The position numbers were made by a program, and so were the translations under genes. Below the pieces are notes generated by a model that had not been told where the DNA came from, searched no databases, and saw only the letters and a list, made by a program, of their open reading frames with translations. DNA of 64,000 bases from Nannocystis bainbridge (GTDB lineage: Bacteria; Myxococcota_A; Polyangia; Nannocystales; Nannocystaceae), in NCBI RefSeq assembly GCF_028368995.1, contig NZ_JAQNDL010000002.1:896001-960000 (forward strand), read 5' to 3'. This document shows positions 9,706 through 17,707 of this stretch, piece after piece; the first letter of the stretch is position 1; the number at the start of each line of letters is the position of its first letter.

Positions 9706-10218
9706 ATGAGCGTGGCGAAGCCGGAGTACTCGGGAGCAGCCTTGAATTCGTTCGTGCTGGCGTTCGGCGAGACGAACGCGGTGGTGCAGAAGATCCTCGC
9801 CGACGCGGGCGTGACGGCCATCGATCCGCAGGTCTGGTACGACTACGCGTGGGCCAGCGCGATCTACGAGCGGATCGGGGCGATGGTCGGCCGCGCGGCG
9901 GTGGTGAACGTCGGCCGCAAGATGATCGAGGCGGCCGCGTTCCCGCCCGGGATCGACAGCGTGCAGAAGGTGCTGATGAGCCTCGGGGCGGCCTTCAAGA
10001 TGAACACCCGCGGCGGGGACGTGGGCGACATCCTGTGCACGATCGAGGACGACTACAGCGCGACGATCGTCCGCACGCAGCGCGGGCTGTGCCCGTTCAA
10101 CATCGGCATCATCGAGGGCTGCTGCGCCCGCTACGGGGTCCAGCCGCTGATCGAGCACGGGGCCGACGGCTGCCAGGACGAGGGCGCGGCGACCTGCACG
10201 TACCACGTGAGCTGGTGA
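9706..10218 (+). CDS. Hypothetical protein, V4R/H-NOX-like ligand-binding fold
   Basis: Strong GC3 frame; CPFNIGIIEG...EHGADGCQDEGAATCTYHVSW C-terminus resembles V4R-type domains. Confidence 0.6.
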   Translation: MSVAKPEYSGAALNSFVLAFGETNAVVQKILADAGVTAIDPQVWYDYAWASAIYERIGAMVGRAAVVNVGRKMIEAAAFPPGIDSVQKVLMSLGAAFKMNTRGGDVGDILCTIEDDYSATIVRTQRGLCPFNIGIIEGCCARYGVQPLIEHGADGCQDEGAATCTYHVSW

Positions 10219-10223
10219 GGCTG

Positions 10224-10315
10224 TCGGCATGTCTTCATAAACATGTCTGAATGGACATGTTTGATGGGGCATGGCCAAGAGAGCATGGCCGAGAGGGCAT
10301 GTTTTCAAGGTCAGG
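10224..10315. repeat. 14-bp periodic array (7 junctions)
   Basis: CATG at 10228, 10242, 10256, 10270, 10284, 10298 and CAGG at 10312. Confidence 0.9.
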
Positions 10316-10557
10316 CGAGGGGGCAGGCCGGCGGGGCTGCCCGCGAGCGGTGCGGATCCGAGAGGCCAGGGCCCGCGTCGAAGCTTCGGTTGGTTTGCCA
10401 GCGACCCGCGGGTCGGGAGCCTCAAAACCGCCGGGATCGTCACGATGGCGCCTGAGCGCATCCTCGACGCCCGCAACCCGGTGAAGGGCGAGCCGCTGCA
10501 GCCCCGGGCGGCGCCCGTCGCTCCGGCGGCCGCCGGTCTGATAGCATCGCGGCGATG

Positions 10558-12572
10558 GTGCGTCCTGACGACGCGGACGAGCTCGGCCCCGGAGGGGGCG
10601 GCTCGGCCGCGTCATGCTGCACCGTTCCAGCGGGTGAAAGTCCCGCCCGGGTAGGCGCCGGAGCGCCCGGTAGCAGGCCCCAGGCGCGAGGAGAGATTCT
10701 CGCGGCCCGAGCGGGGCGTCAAGAGCCTCTGCGGAGGGAGCAAGAACGCGGGCCGCAACATCAAGTGAAGCCTGCAGCCTCGACAGATGAACAATGGGGG
10801 AGCCGAGCCGCTCATCTCACGGCGAAGGCCACGCCCACCGCGCAGTCATCCGGAGCAGAAAGCGCGATGGGTCCTCCCGGGGTATGGGGCGCAGCACGCG
10901 TTCAAGGAGCGATGCGGAACAGGAGAGGCCCGTCTGCACGGCCCGTGTCGGGGCGATGCGACTCGTATAAGCCGAAGGCGAAGTCGAGCGCTGTGCAGCG
11001 GGAGTCCGAGGGGGTCGTAGTACCGGCGATGGCGGCGCAGAACAACGCAGTCGGAGGGAAGGACCCCTGGGGTGGTCGTGTCGGAGAAGAAGGTAAGCGC
11101 GAGGGCATGGCCTGCAGGACAGGTCCCAACCACCCCACGCGGCGCAGGCCGCGTGACAAAGTGCGAGAACTTCGACGCCGACTGTGGGCCGCAGCCAAGC
11201 GGCAACCGGGTCGACGCTTCCATGCGCTGTACGACCGCATCTTCAGGCGTGACGTCCTGAAGGAAGCATGGAGGCGGGTGAAGAAGAACAGGGGGTCAGC
11301 GGGCGTCGATGCCCAGACGCTGGCCGAGGTGGAAGAGCTCGGCGTCGATCGCTTCCTCGAAGAGATCGCCGACGAACTCAAGGGCGGGACGTACCGACCG
11401 AGCGCGGTCATGCGGCGGTACATCCCGAAGGCGGACGGGAAGAAGCGGCCGCTGGGGATCCCGACAGTCCGGGACCGAGTGGTGCAGATGGCGGCGAAGC
11501 TGGTGCTGGAGCCGATCTTCGAGGCGGATTTCCTTCCGTGCTCGTACGGCTTCCGGCCGAAGCGCAGCGCGACGCAGGCGCTCGAGCGACTGCGCGTGCT
11601 GGGAGCTCGAGGTGGGAACCATGTGCTCGACGCTGACATCCGCGACTACTTCGGCAGCATCGATCACGAGCGACTGATGAAGCTCGTCGAGATGCGGATC
11701 TCGGATCGAAGGGTCCTCAAGCTGGTGCGGCAATGGCTCGAAGCCGGCGTGATGGAAGACGGCCAGGTGACGGCGATGCTCTCGGGGACACCCCAGGGCG
11801 GCGTGATCTCACCGCTGCTGTCGAACATCTACCTCGGTGTCCTCGACAAGCTGTGGCAGCGACGGCACGCCCATCTGGGCGAGCTCGTGCGCTACTGCGA
11901 CGACTTCGTGATCCTGTGCGGGACCAGGAAGGCGTGCGAGGAGGCCGAGGTCAGGGTCCGCGAGATCCTGCGGCGTCTCAAGCTGGAACTGCATCCCGAG
12001 AAGACGAGGCGAGTCGAGCTGAGCTGGGGACGGCAAGGCTTCGACTTCCTCGGCTGCCACCTGCGCAAGCGCATGTCCGGGCCGATCTGGGAGAAGGAAC
12101 ATCGCAGGGTGTACTTCCTCCAGCGCTGGCCCTCGACGCGTAGCATGACGCGGGCACGGCAGCGCGTGAAGGAGCTGACCGGCTCGAACCGCAACGGGGC
12201 CAAAGATGTGCGGGTGATCATCCGTGACATCAACCCGGTGCTGCGTGGCTGGGGTAACTACTTCCGCACCGGGAACGCCGCCGTGAAATTCAACCGGATC
12301 GACACCTACGTGTGGTCTCGCCTTCGTCGCTTCATGATGAGGCGCAAGGGCCGGCACCTCCGCGCAGGTGAGGTCGAGAGCTGGACGCGCGACTTCTTCC
12401 ACAACCACGGTCTCCACCGTCTACGGGGGACCGTGCAGTACCCGGAGGCCGCGTAATGCGGCGGCTCGAGAGACCACCGGTAAGCCGTGTGCGGGAAATC
12501 CGCATGCACGGTTTGAACGGGGGTCCTGCCCTTCCTCCGGCTCAAGCAGAGGAAGGGTAGGATCTACCAATG
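10558..12572 (+). mobile_element. Group II intron (ribozyme plus RT/maturase)
   Basis: 5' GTGCG at 10558; GGGTGAAAGTCCC domain I hairpin near 10632; domain V AAGCCGTGTGCGGGAAATCCGCATGCACGGTTT at 12482-12514; domain VI hairpin about 12520-12568 with bulged A12566; 3' end at 12571 or 12572. Confidence 0.9.
11107..12456 (+). CDS. ltrA: Group II intron reverse transcriptase/maturase (no endonuclease domain)
   Basis: RPLGIPTVRDRVVQ, SYGFRPKRS, DADIRDYF, GTPQGGVISPLLSNIYL, YCDD, FDFLG, domain X RGWGNYF; frame stays open upstream to ATG 10555. Confidence 0.95.
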   Translation: MACRTGPNHPTRRRPRDKVRELRRRLWAAAKRQPGRRFHALYDRIFRRDVLKEAWRRVKKNRGSAGVDAQTLAEVEELGVDRFLEEIADELKGGTYRPSAVMRRYIPKADGKKRPLGIPTVRDRVVQMAAKLVLEPIFEADFLPCSYGFRPKRSATQALERLRVLGARGGNHVLDADIRDYFGSIDHERLMKLVEMRISDRRVLKLVRQWLEAGVMEDGQVTAMLSGTPQGGVISPLLSNIYLGVLDKLWQRRHAHLGELVRYCDDFVILCGTRKACEEAEVRVREILRRLKLELHPEKTRRVELSWGRQGFDFLGCHLRKRMSGPIWEKEHRRVYFLQRWPSTRSMTRARQRVKELTGSNRNGAKDVRVIIRDINPVLRGWGNYFRTGNAAVKFNRIDTYVWSRLRRFMMRRKGRHLRAGEVESWTRDFFHNHGLHRLRGTVQYPEAA

Positions 12573-14390
12573 AGCCTCGCCACCGCCCCGACCCAGCCCG
12601 GCGCTCGCTTCGACGACGCGGAGCTCGCCGAGCTGGCGACGGTCCTCGGACACGAGTACACGATCGAACGCGAGCTCGGCCGCGGCGGCATGGGGGTCGT
12701 GCTGCTGGCGCGCGACCTCCGGCTCGAGCGGCCGGTGGCGATCAAGGTGTTGCCGCGCGAGCGAGCCGGCGACGCCGCGCACCGCCAGCGGTTCCTCCGC
12801 GAGGCGAGGACGGCGGCGAAGCTGTCGCACCCGAACATCGTGCCGACCCTCCACGCCGACGAGGCCGGCGCGTTCGCGTATTTCACGATGCCGTACATCG
12901 ACGGCGAGACGCTGGCCGAACGCGTGCATAATCGCGGCCGGCCGACGGCGCGGGAGGTCGTACAGCTGCTGCGCGAGGCCGCGTGGGCGCTGGCCTACGC
13001 GCACGCGCACGGGGTCGTGCACCGCGACATCAAGCCGGAGAACATCCTCGTCGAGCGCGCGACCGGCCGGGTGCTGGTCACCGACTTCGGGATCGCGTTC
13101 GAGGCGCAGGCGTCGCGGCTGACCGGCGACGACCACATGGTGGGGACCGCGGCGTTCATGAGCCCCGAGCAGATCCTCGGGCGCGAGCTCGACGGCCGCA
13201 GCGACCTGTACTCGCTCGGCGTCGTCGGCTACTGGCTGCTCGCCGGGCAGCACCCGTTCGAGGGCGCGGCGGTGCCGGCGGTGCTCGTCAAGCACGCGAC
13301 CGAGCCGGCGGCGCCGCTGCGCACGCTCGCGCCCGAGGTCCCCGCGGGCCTGGCCGCGGCGATCGATCGCTGCCTGGCGAAGGAGCCCGACGCGCGCTGG
13401 CCCTCCGGCGAGGCGTTCGCGGAGGCGCTCGCTACCGCCGAGGAGGAGCTCGCCGGCGTGCCCGCGCGCACCGGCGGCGACCGCCTGCTGGACGAGCGCG
13501 AGGTCTCGGCGGTGCTGCAGCGCGCGGCCCAGCTGCAGGCCGACGCCGCCCGTCGCGTCGAGGAGCGCTCGCGGACCGGGACCGCCGCGCCGGCGCCGAC
13601 CACCACCAGCGCGCTGCGGGTGTCCGAGGTCCAGGCCGCCGCGGCCGAGGCGGGCATCGCCGCAGAGTTCGTGGCGATGGCGGCGGCGGAGCTGCCCACG
13701 AGCGGCGCGCTCGCGGTGCCGTCGGTCTCGGCCGCGGCGGAGGGCCGCTGGTCGATGCGCCTGTTCGGCAAGGACGTCCGCCAGCTCGTCGCCTCGCGGG
13801 TGATCCGCGCGCCGGCGAAGACCGTGCTCGACGCGCTGGCGCACGTGTGGCAGGCCAGCCCTTACAACCTCCGCTTGCTCGACGCCGTCGGCCCTCACCC
13901 GCTCGACGGCGGGGCGGTGATGTTCCGCGTGCCGAAGTTCACCGCCAGCCCCGACGGCTCGGGCTACGGCGGCTTCAGTTATTACATGTACATCCTGTCG
14001 ATCCGTCAGGTCCGCCTGACGATGCAGCGCCGCGGCCGTGATGCGATCGAGTGCACGGCGACCGTCGAGCTGCACGAGACGATCGCGGTCGGCCGCCGGA
14101 TCTTCTTCCCGTGGATGATCGGCGCGACCTCGGTCGTCGGCGGCGCCGCCGGCATGGCGATGTTCATGACGATGATCCCGGTGCTCGCGGTGTTGACGAC
14201 CCTGATCACCGTCGCCTCGGTCTACGGCGGCCTCCACAAGCTCAACCACGTCTTCTACGCCTACTACATCAAGCAAGCGCAGGAGCAGCTCGAGACGCTG
14301 CTCGCCGACGTCGACGCCAACCTGCGCACGCAGGCGGTGTTCGGCAGTCTGCCCGCGCCGCGGCCGGAGCTCCGGCGCGGCGACGACTGA
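12570..14390 (+). CDS. Ser/Thr protein kinase with C-terminal membrane segments
   Basis: GRGGMG, VAIK, HRDIKPEN, DFG, MSPEQ, DLYSLG; two hydrophobic helices near the C-terminus. Confidence 0.92.
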   Translation: MSLATAPTQPGARFDDAELAELATVLGHEYTIERELGRGGMGVVLLARDLRLERPVAIKVLPRERAGDAAHRQRFLREARTAAKLSHPNIVPTLHADEAGAFAYFTMPYIDGETLAERVHNRGRPTAREVVQLLREAAWALAYAHAHGVVHRDIKPENILVERATGRVLVTDFGIAFEAQASRLTGDDHMVGTAAFMSPEQILGRELDGRSDLYSLGVVGYWLLAGQHPFEGAAVPAVLVKHATEPAAPLRTLAPEVPAGLAAAIDRCLAKEPDARWPSGEAFAEALATAEEELAGVPARTGGDRLLDEREVSAVLQRAAQLQADAARRVEERSRTGTAAPAPTTTSALRVSEVQAAAAEAGIAAEFVAMAAAELPTSGALAVPSVSAAAEGRWSMRLFGKDVRQLVASRVIRAPAKTVLDALAHVWQASPYNLRLLDAVGPHPLDGGAVMFRVPKFTASPDGSGYGGFSYYMYILSIRQVRLTMQRRGRDAIECTATVELHETIAVGRRIFFPWMIGATSVVGGAAGMAMFMTMIPVLAVLTTLITVASVYGGLHKLNHVFYAYYIKQAQEQLETLLADVDANLRTQAVFGSLPAPRPELRRGDD

Positions 14391-14679
14391 GCGGGCGGGG
14401 CGACGGCGGCGAGCTCGGCGCTGGAAATCGGCGCGAGGCTGGAGGTCGCAAAAATGTCCGAAGGGACAGGTCCGCTTCACGTCGTCGTGGCGAGCGGCGA
14501 GGCGCGAGATCGGGAGCTGCGGAGGACGCGTGAGGGCGAAACGGAGGGGCGATGCACGCGAGGCCCGATCTGCGAGCGTGGAAGTCCGTGGTAGGGGCGC
14601 AGGGCAGGTACACTGCCGCGAATGGCGGAGATCATCGTGAGGCGGCAGGTGGCGAAGGGGCGCTCTCGAGCGGGCGCGG

Positions 14680-15650
14680 TGCGAGCGGCGGGGCTGGCGG
14701 TGACGCTGACGGCCTGCGGGCAAGCGCCGGGAGAGGCGACGAGCGAGGACACCGGGACGACGACGACGACGACGACGGCGACCTCGACGCTCGAGCCGAC
14801 GAGCTCGAGCGGCTCGACGACGGCGGAGGTGACGACGGCGGAGGCGACGACGGCGGAGGCGACCACGGTCACGCCGACGACGGCGGAGGTGACGACGACG
14901 TCGACCTCGACGACGACCGACGCGAGCACCACGGAGCCCGCGGCAGGCTGCGCCGATCTGCCGCTGTGCGACGATTTCGAGGCGGAGGCGGTCGGTGGCG
15001 CGCCGGACCCGGCGCGGTGGACGGTGACGTCGCCGAACTGCAGCGGCAGCGGGACGCTGGCGATCGACGGGTCGGTGGCGCACACGGGCGCGCAATCGCT
15101 GCGGATCGACGGCGGGGGCGGCTACTGCGATCACGTGTTCGTGGCCAACACGGAGGCGATCGCGGCGATCGGGCCGCAGGTATACGGGCGGCTGTGGGTC
15201 CGCTTCGAGGCGGCGCTCGGGCAAGGTCACGTGACGTTCATGACGCTGCGCGACAGCGCCGACGCCGGCGGCAAGGACCTGCGGATGGGCGGGCAGTCGA
15301 CGATCCTGATGTGGAACCGCGAGTCGGACGACGCGACGCTGCCGGCGCTGAGCCCGGCGGGGATCGCCCTGAGCACGGCGCCGACGCCGGGGGCGTGGAC
15401 GTGCGTGGAGTTCCTGATCGACGCAGCCGGGCCCGGGCTGACGACGTGGGTCGACGGGGCGGAGGTGCCGGGGCTGGTGATCGACGGCGAGCCGACGCCG
15501 GACGTCGATCAGCAGTGGCTGAACAAGCCCGACTGGCAGCCGGCGCTGGTCGACTTCAAGCTCGGCTGGGAGAGCTACGCCGGGCAGACGATGACGCTGT
15601 ACTTCGACGACGTGGCGCTGGCAGCGACCCGCATCGGCTGCGACGGCTGA
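14680..15650 (+). CDS. Lipoprotein with Thr-rich stalk and Cip1-like carbohydrate-active domain
   Basis: Lipobox LTAC, Thr-rich linker, then CDDFE...PNCSGSGTLAIDGSVAHTGAQSLRIDGGGGYCDH...DLRMGGQS...LGWESY; start uncertain (14622 or 14680). Confidence 0.7.
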
Positions 15651-15681
15651 GCGCGGACGGCGGCGCCGGCGGGTGACCGAT

Positions 15682-15762
15682 CGGGCATGTTCGATAGGAC
15701 ATGCCTAAAAGGCCATGTCTCATGGCGCATGTCCATGAGGACATGGCCTCGGAGACATGGGC
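15682..15762. repeat. 14-bp periodic array (6 junctions) between convergent genes
   Basis: CATG at 15686, 15700, 15714, 15728, 15742, 15756. Confidence 0.9.
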
Positions 15763-16875
15763 TCAAGGCGCGGGGTCGGTCGGGCGGCGGACGTTGTTCG
15801 GGCCGCTGAGGTGGTCGACGCTGACGAGCACGGCCTCGCCGGCCTGCCAGCCGTCGTACTCGGACTTTTCGGCGGTGCGGGTGTAGGACTCGCCCTCGTC
15901 GCCGTAGGCGAACACGACGGTGTAGAGGCCGTCCTGGACGGTGCGCTCGCGGTCGCCGCTGGTGGCGATCTCGGCGAAGCGCAGGCCGTCGTGCCCGTCG
16001 CCGCGCACGACCTCGCTGCGCGCCGGGAGCCAGGCCTGGGTGACGTAGTCGCACCAGGTGGCGTAGATCGGGCGTGAGCAGTGCTTGGTGCGCGTGCGCG
16101 TGACGGAGCGGGTGCAGGTCTTGGGGACGCTGGTGCAGCTGCGGGTGAACGAGCCGTTGCCGTTGCTCTGGGTGCTGCACGACTCGGTCGAGCCGCAGGT
16201 GTAGGACTCGCTGTCCTGGTAGTCCTCGGTGCCGCAGGCGTACGACTCGTCGTGGTGGTGCTTCTCGCGGCAGCCGGTGATCGCCACGCCGGCGACCTCG
16301 CCGTGACCGGCCCGCGGCGGGACCTCGGCGCGCTCGTGGACGGCGGTCTGCCAGTCGCCGCGGTCGACGTTCTGCCACCGCTCGAGGGTGGTGGTGTGCT
16401 GCCAGTGCAGGCCGGTGACGGTGCCCGGGTACTCGCGGTCGATGGTGCACCAGGCGACGAGGCCGGCGAAGGCGAGCAGCACGAGGCCGGCGATCCAGCG
16501 GCGCCGATGCGTGGACCACGAGGCGAGCAGGCGGTCGGGGAGGCCCGAGGGCGGCGGGGTCGGGTCGGGCTTGGGCGGCGGCGGCCTCCCGTCGCGCCCG
16601 CCGCCGCAGCTGTCGCAGGTGGCCGAGGAGGCGCGGTTGTTGCTGCCGCAGTAATGGCACGACCAGTCGGGGCCGTCGTGGGCGACGGCGAGCTCATCGC
16701 GGTCGGAGATGGCGGCGCTGGTGAAGGCGGCGTCGTCAGGCGGCCGCATGGCGTCGAGCTCGTGCTGCTCGCGCGGGTCGCCGCACGAGGGGCAGCGCTT
16801 GTCCCGGCCGCTGATGTCCTTCTGGCCGCAGCGCGTGCAGTCCCACAGGCCCCAGGCAGTGACGGTGGTGTCCAC
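15763..16875 (-). CDS. Zinc-ribbon (RanBP2-like) membrane protein with Cys-rich external domain
   Basis: WDCTRC...CPSCG and WSCHYCGSNN...CDSCG zinc fingers, one TM helix, Cys-rich C-terminal region; GTG start at 16875 inferred. Confidence 0.75.
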   Translation of the reverse strand: MDTTVTAWGLWDCTRCGQKDISGRDKRCPSCGDPREQHELDAMRPPDDAAFTSAAISDRDELAVAHDGPDWSCHYCGSNNRASSATCDSCGGGRDGRPPPPKPDPTPPPSGLPDRLLASWSTHRRRWIAGLVLLAFAGLVAWCTIDREYPGTVTGLHWQHTTTLERWQNVDRGDWQTAVHERAEVPPRAGHGEVAGVAITGCREKHHHDESYACGTEDYQDSESYTCGSTESCSTQSNGNGSFTRSCTSVPKTCTRSVTRTRTKHCSRPIYATWCDYVTQAWLPARSEVVRGDGHDGLRFAEIATSGDRERTVQDGLYTVVFAYGDEGESYTRTAEKSEYDGWQAGEAVLVSVDHLSGPNNVRRPTDPAP

Positions 16876-17032
16876 CGCGGCGAACGATAGCGCGTGCCGG
16901 GCGGCCAGGGCAGGGCGAATCGAGGCGCAGGTCCGCGCGAGCCGTGCGCGAGCGCGGGGGCATGCGCGGCGGGCCGGGTCCGCTCGCGGGGCCGCGAGTC
17001 CAGAGGCCGGGGTCGAGGTAGAGCTGGCGAAA

Positions 17033-17068
17033 AGGACATGTCGCATGGAGCATGTCCGAAGAGTCATC
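17033..17068. repeat. 14-bp periodic array
   Basis: CATG at 17037 and 17051, CATC at 17065. Confidence 0.7.
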
Positions 17069-17462
17069 TAGAGCCGGCGCGACGGTGGCCACCGTGATGG
17101 GCAGGGAGTTCGGAGCGTGGAGCGCGCGGGCCGATCGCGAGGCGGCGCCGGACGGGCGGGTGAAGCAGATCGAGTCGCCCGAGGTGGACGCGTACGAGCA
17201 AGGCAAGCGCGACGCGCTCGCGGCGATCGCCAGGGACTCGCTGGGGCTGGAGACGTACGGCTACCCCGCGCCGTGCCGCTACAAATATGCCCAGATCCTG
17301 CGCCAGGACTACAAGGTGTGGCTTCACGAGGTGGCGGGCTGCGTGATCGACGAGACGATCGCCGGGCACGCGCGCGGCTACAACGAGGTGATGCACGCGG
17401 AGATCGAGCGCCGTCACGGCCCGAAAGTGTTTGAAAAGGCGAGCCGCAAGGCCGGCTGTTGA
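17052..17462 (+). CDS. Hypothetical protein
   Basis: GC3-biased 3' part (YEQGKRDA...GCVID...GYNEVM); true start probably downstream of 17052. Confidence 0.55.
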   Translation: MSEESSRAGATVATVMGREFGAWSARADREAAPDGRVKQIESPEVDAYEQGKRDALAAIARDSLGLETYGYPAPCRYKYAQILRQDYKVWLHEVAGCVIDETIAGHARGYNEVMHAEIERRHGPKVFEKASRKAGC

Positions 17463-17610
17463 AAGGGCGGGGTCGGACGCCGGCTGCGCGGGCGATGAGC
17501 GAGCGCGCGGAGACGAGGAAGGCGCGATCGTGCGAGGTGGCCGTCGCGCAGAGGCGAGGACACCACGGGGTGAGAACGGTCGAGCGCGCGGAGGCGAGGG
17601 CTGAGCGACT

Positions 17611-17702
17611 CAGGGTCGTTCGGACATGGTCGAACGACCATGTCGTGACGGACATGCTCGTGGGGACATGGGCATGAGGACATGCGCTTTTGCGCATGTC
17701 CT
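17611..17702. repeat. 14-bp periodic array (7 junctions) between convergent genes
   Basis: CAGG 17611; CATG at 17625, 17639, 17653, 17667, 17681, 17695. Confidence 0.9.
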
Positions 17703-17707
17703 CCGGG

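Noticed and set aside
10224-10315. 14-bp arrays as CRISPR arrays
   Set aside because: The period is only 14 bp, with no 25-45 bp unique spacers, no leader and no cas genes in the window
10330-10550. Possible gene remnant or ncRNA upstream of the intron
   Set aside because: No recognisable motif or convincing structure by eye
11107-12456. RT as a retron, DGR or defence RT
   Set aside because: Domain X and flanking ribozyme domains V/VI identify a group II intron
14755-14935. ACG-rich repeats
   Set aside because: Simply encode the Thr-rich lipoprotein stalk
15701-15886. Short ORFs beginning in arrays, with TCPxGHV/DMS peptides
   Set aside because: Artefacts of ATGs supplied by the CATG junctions; this also makes track starts at 4941, 17052, 17067 and 35344 doubtful
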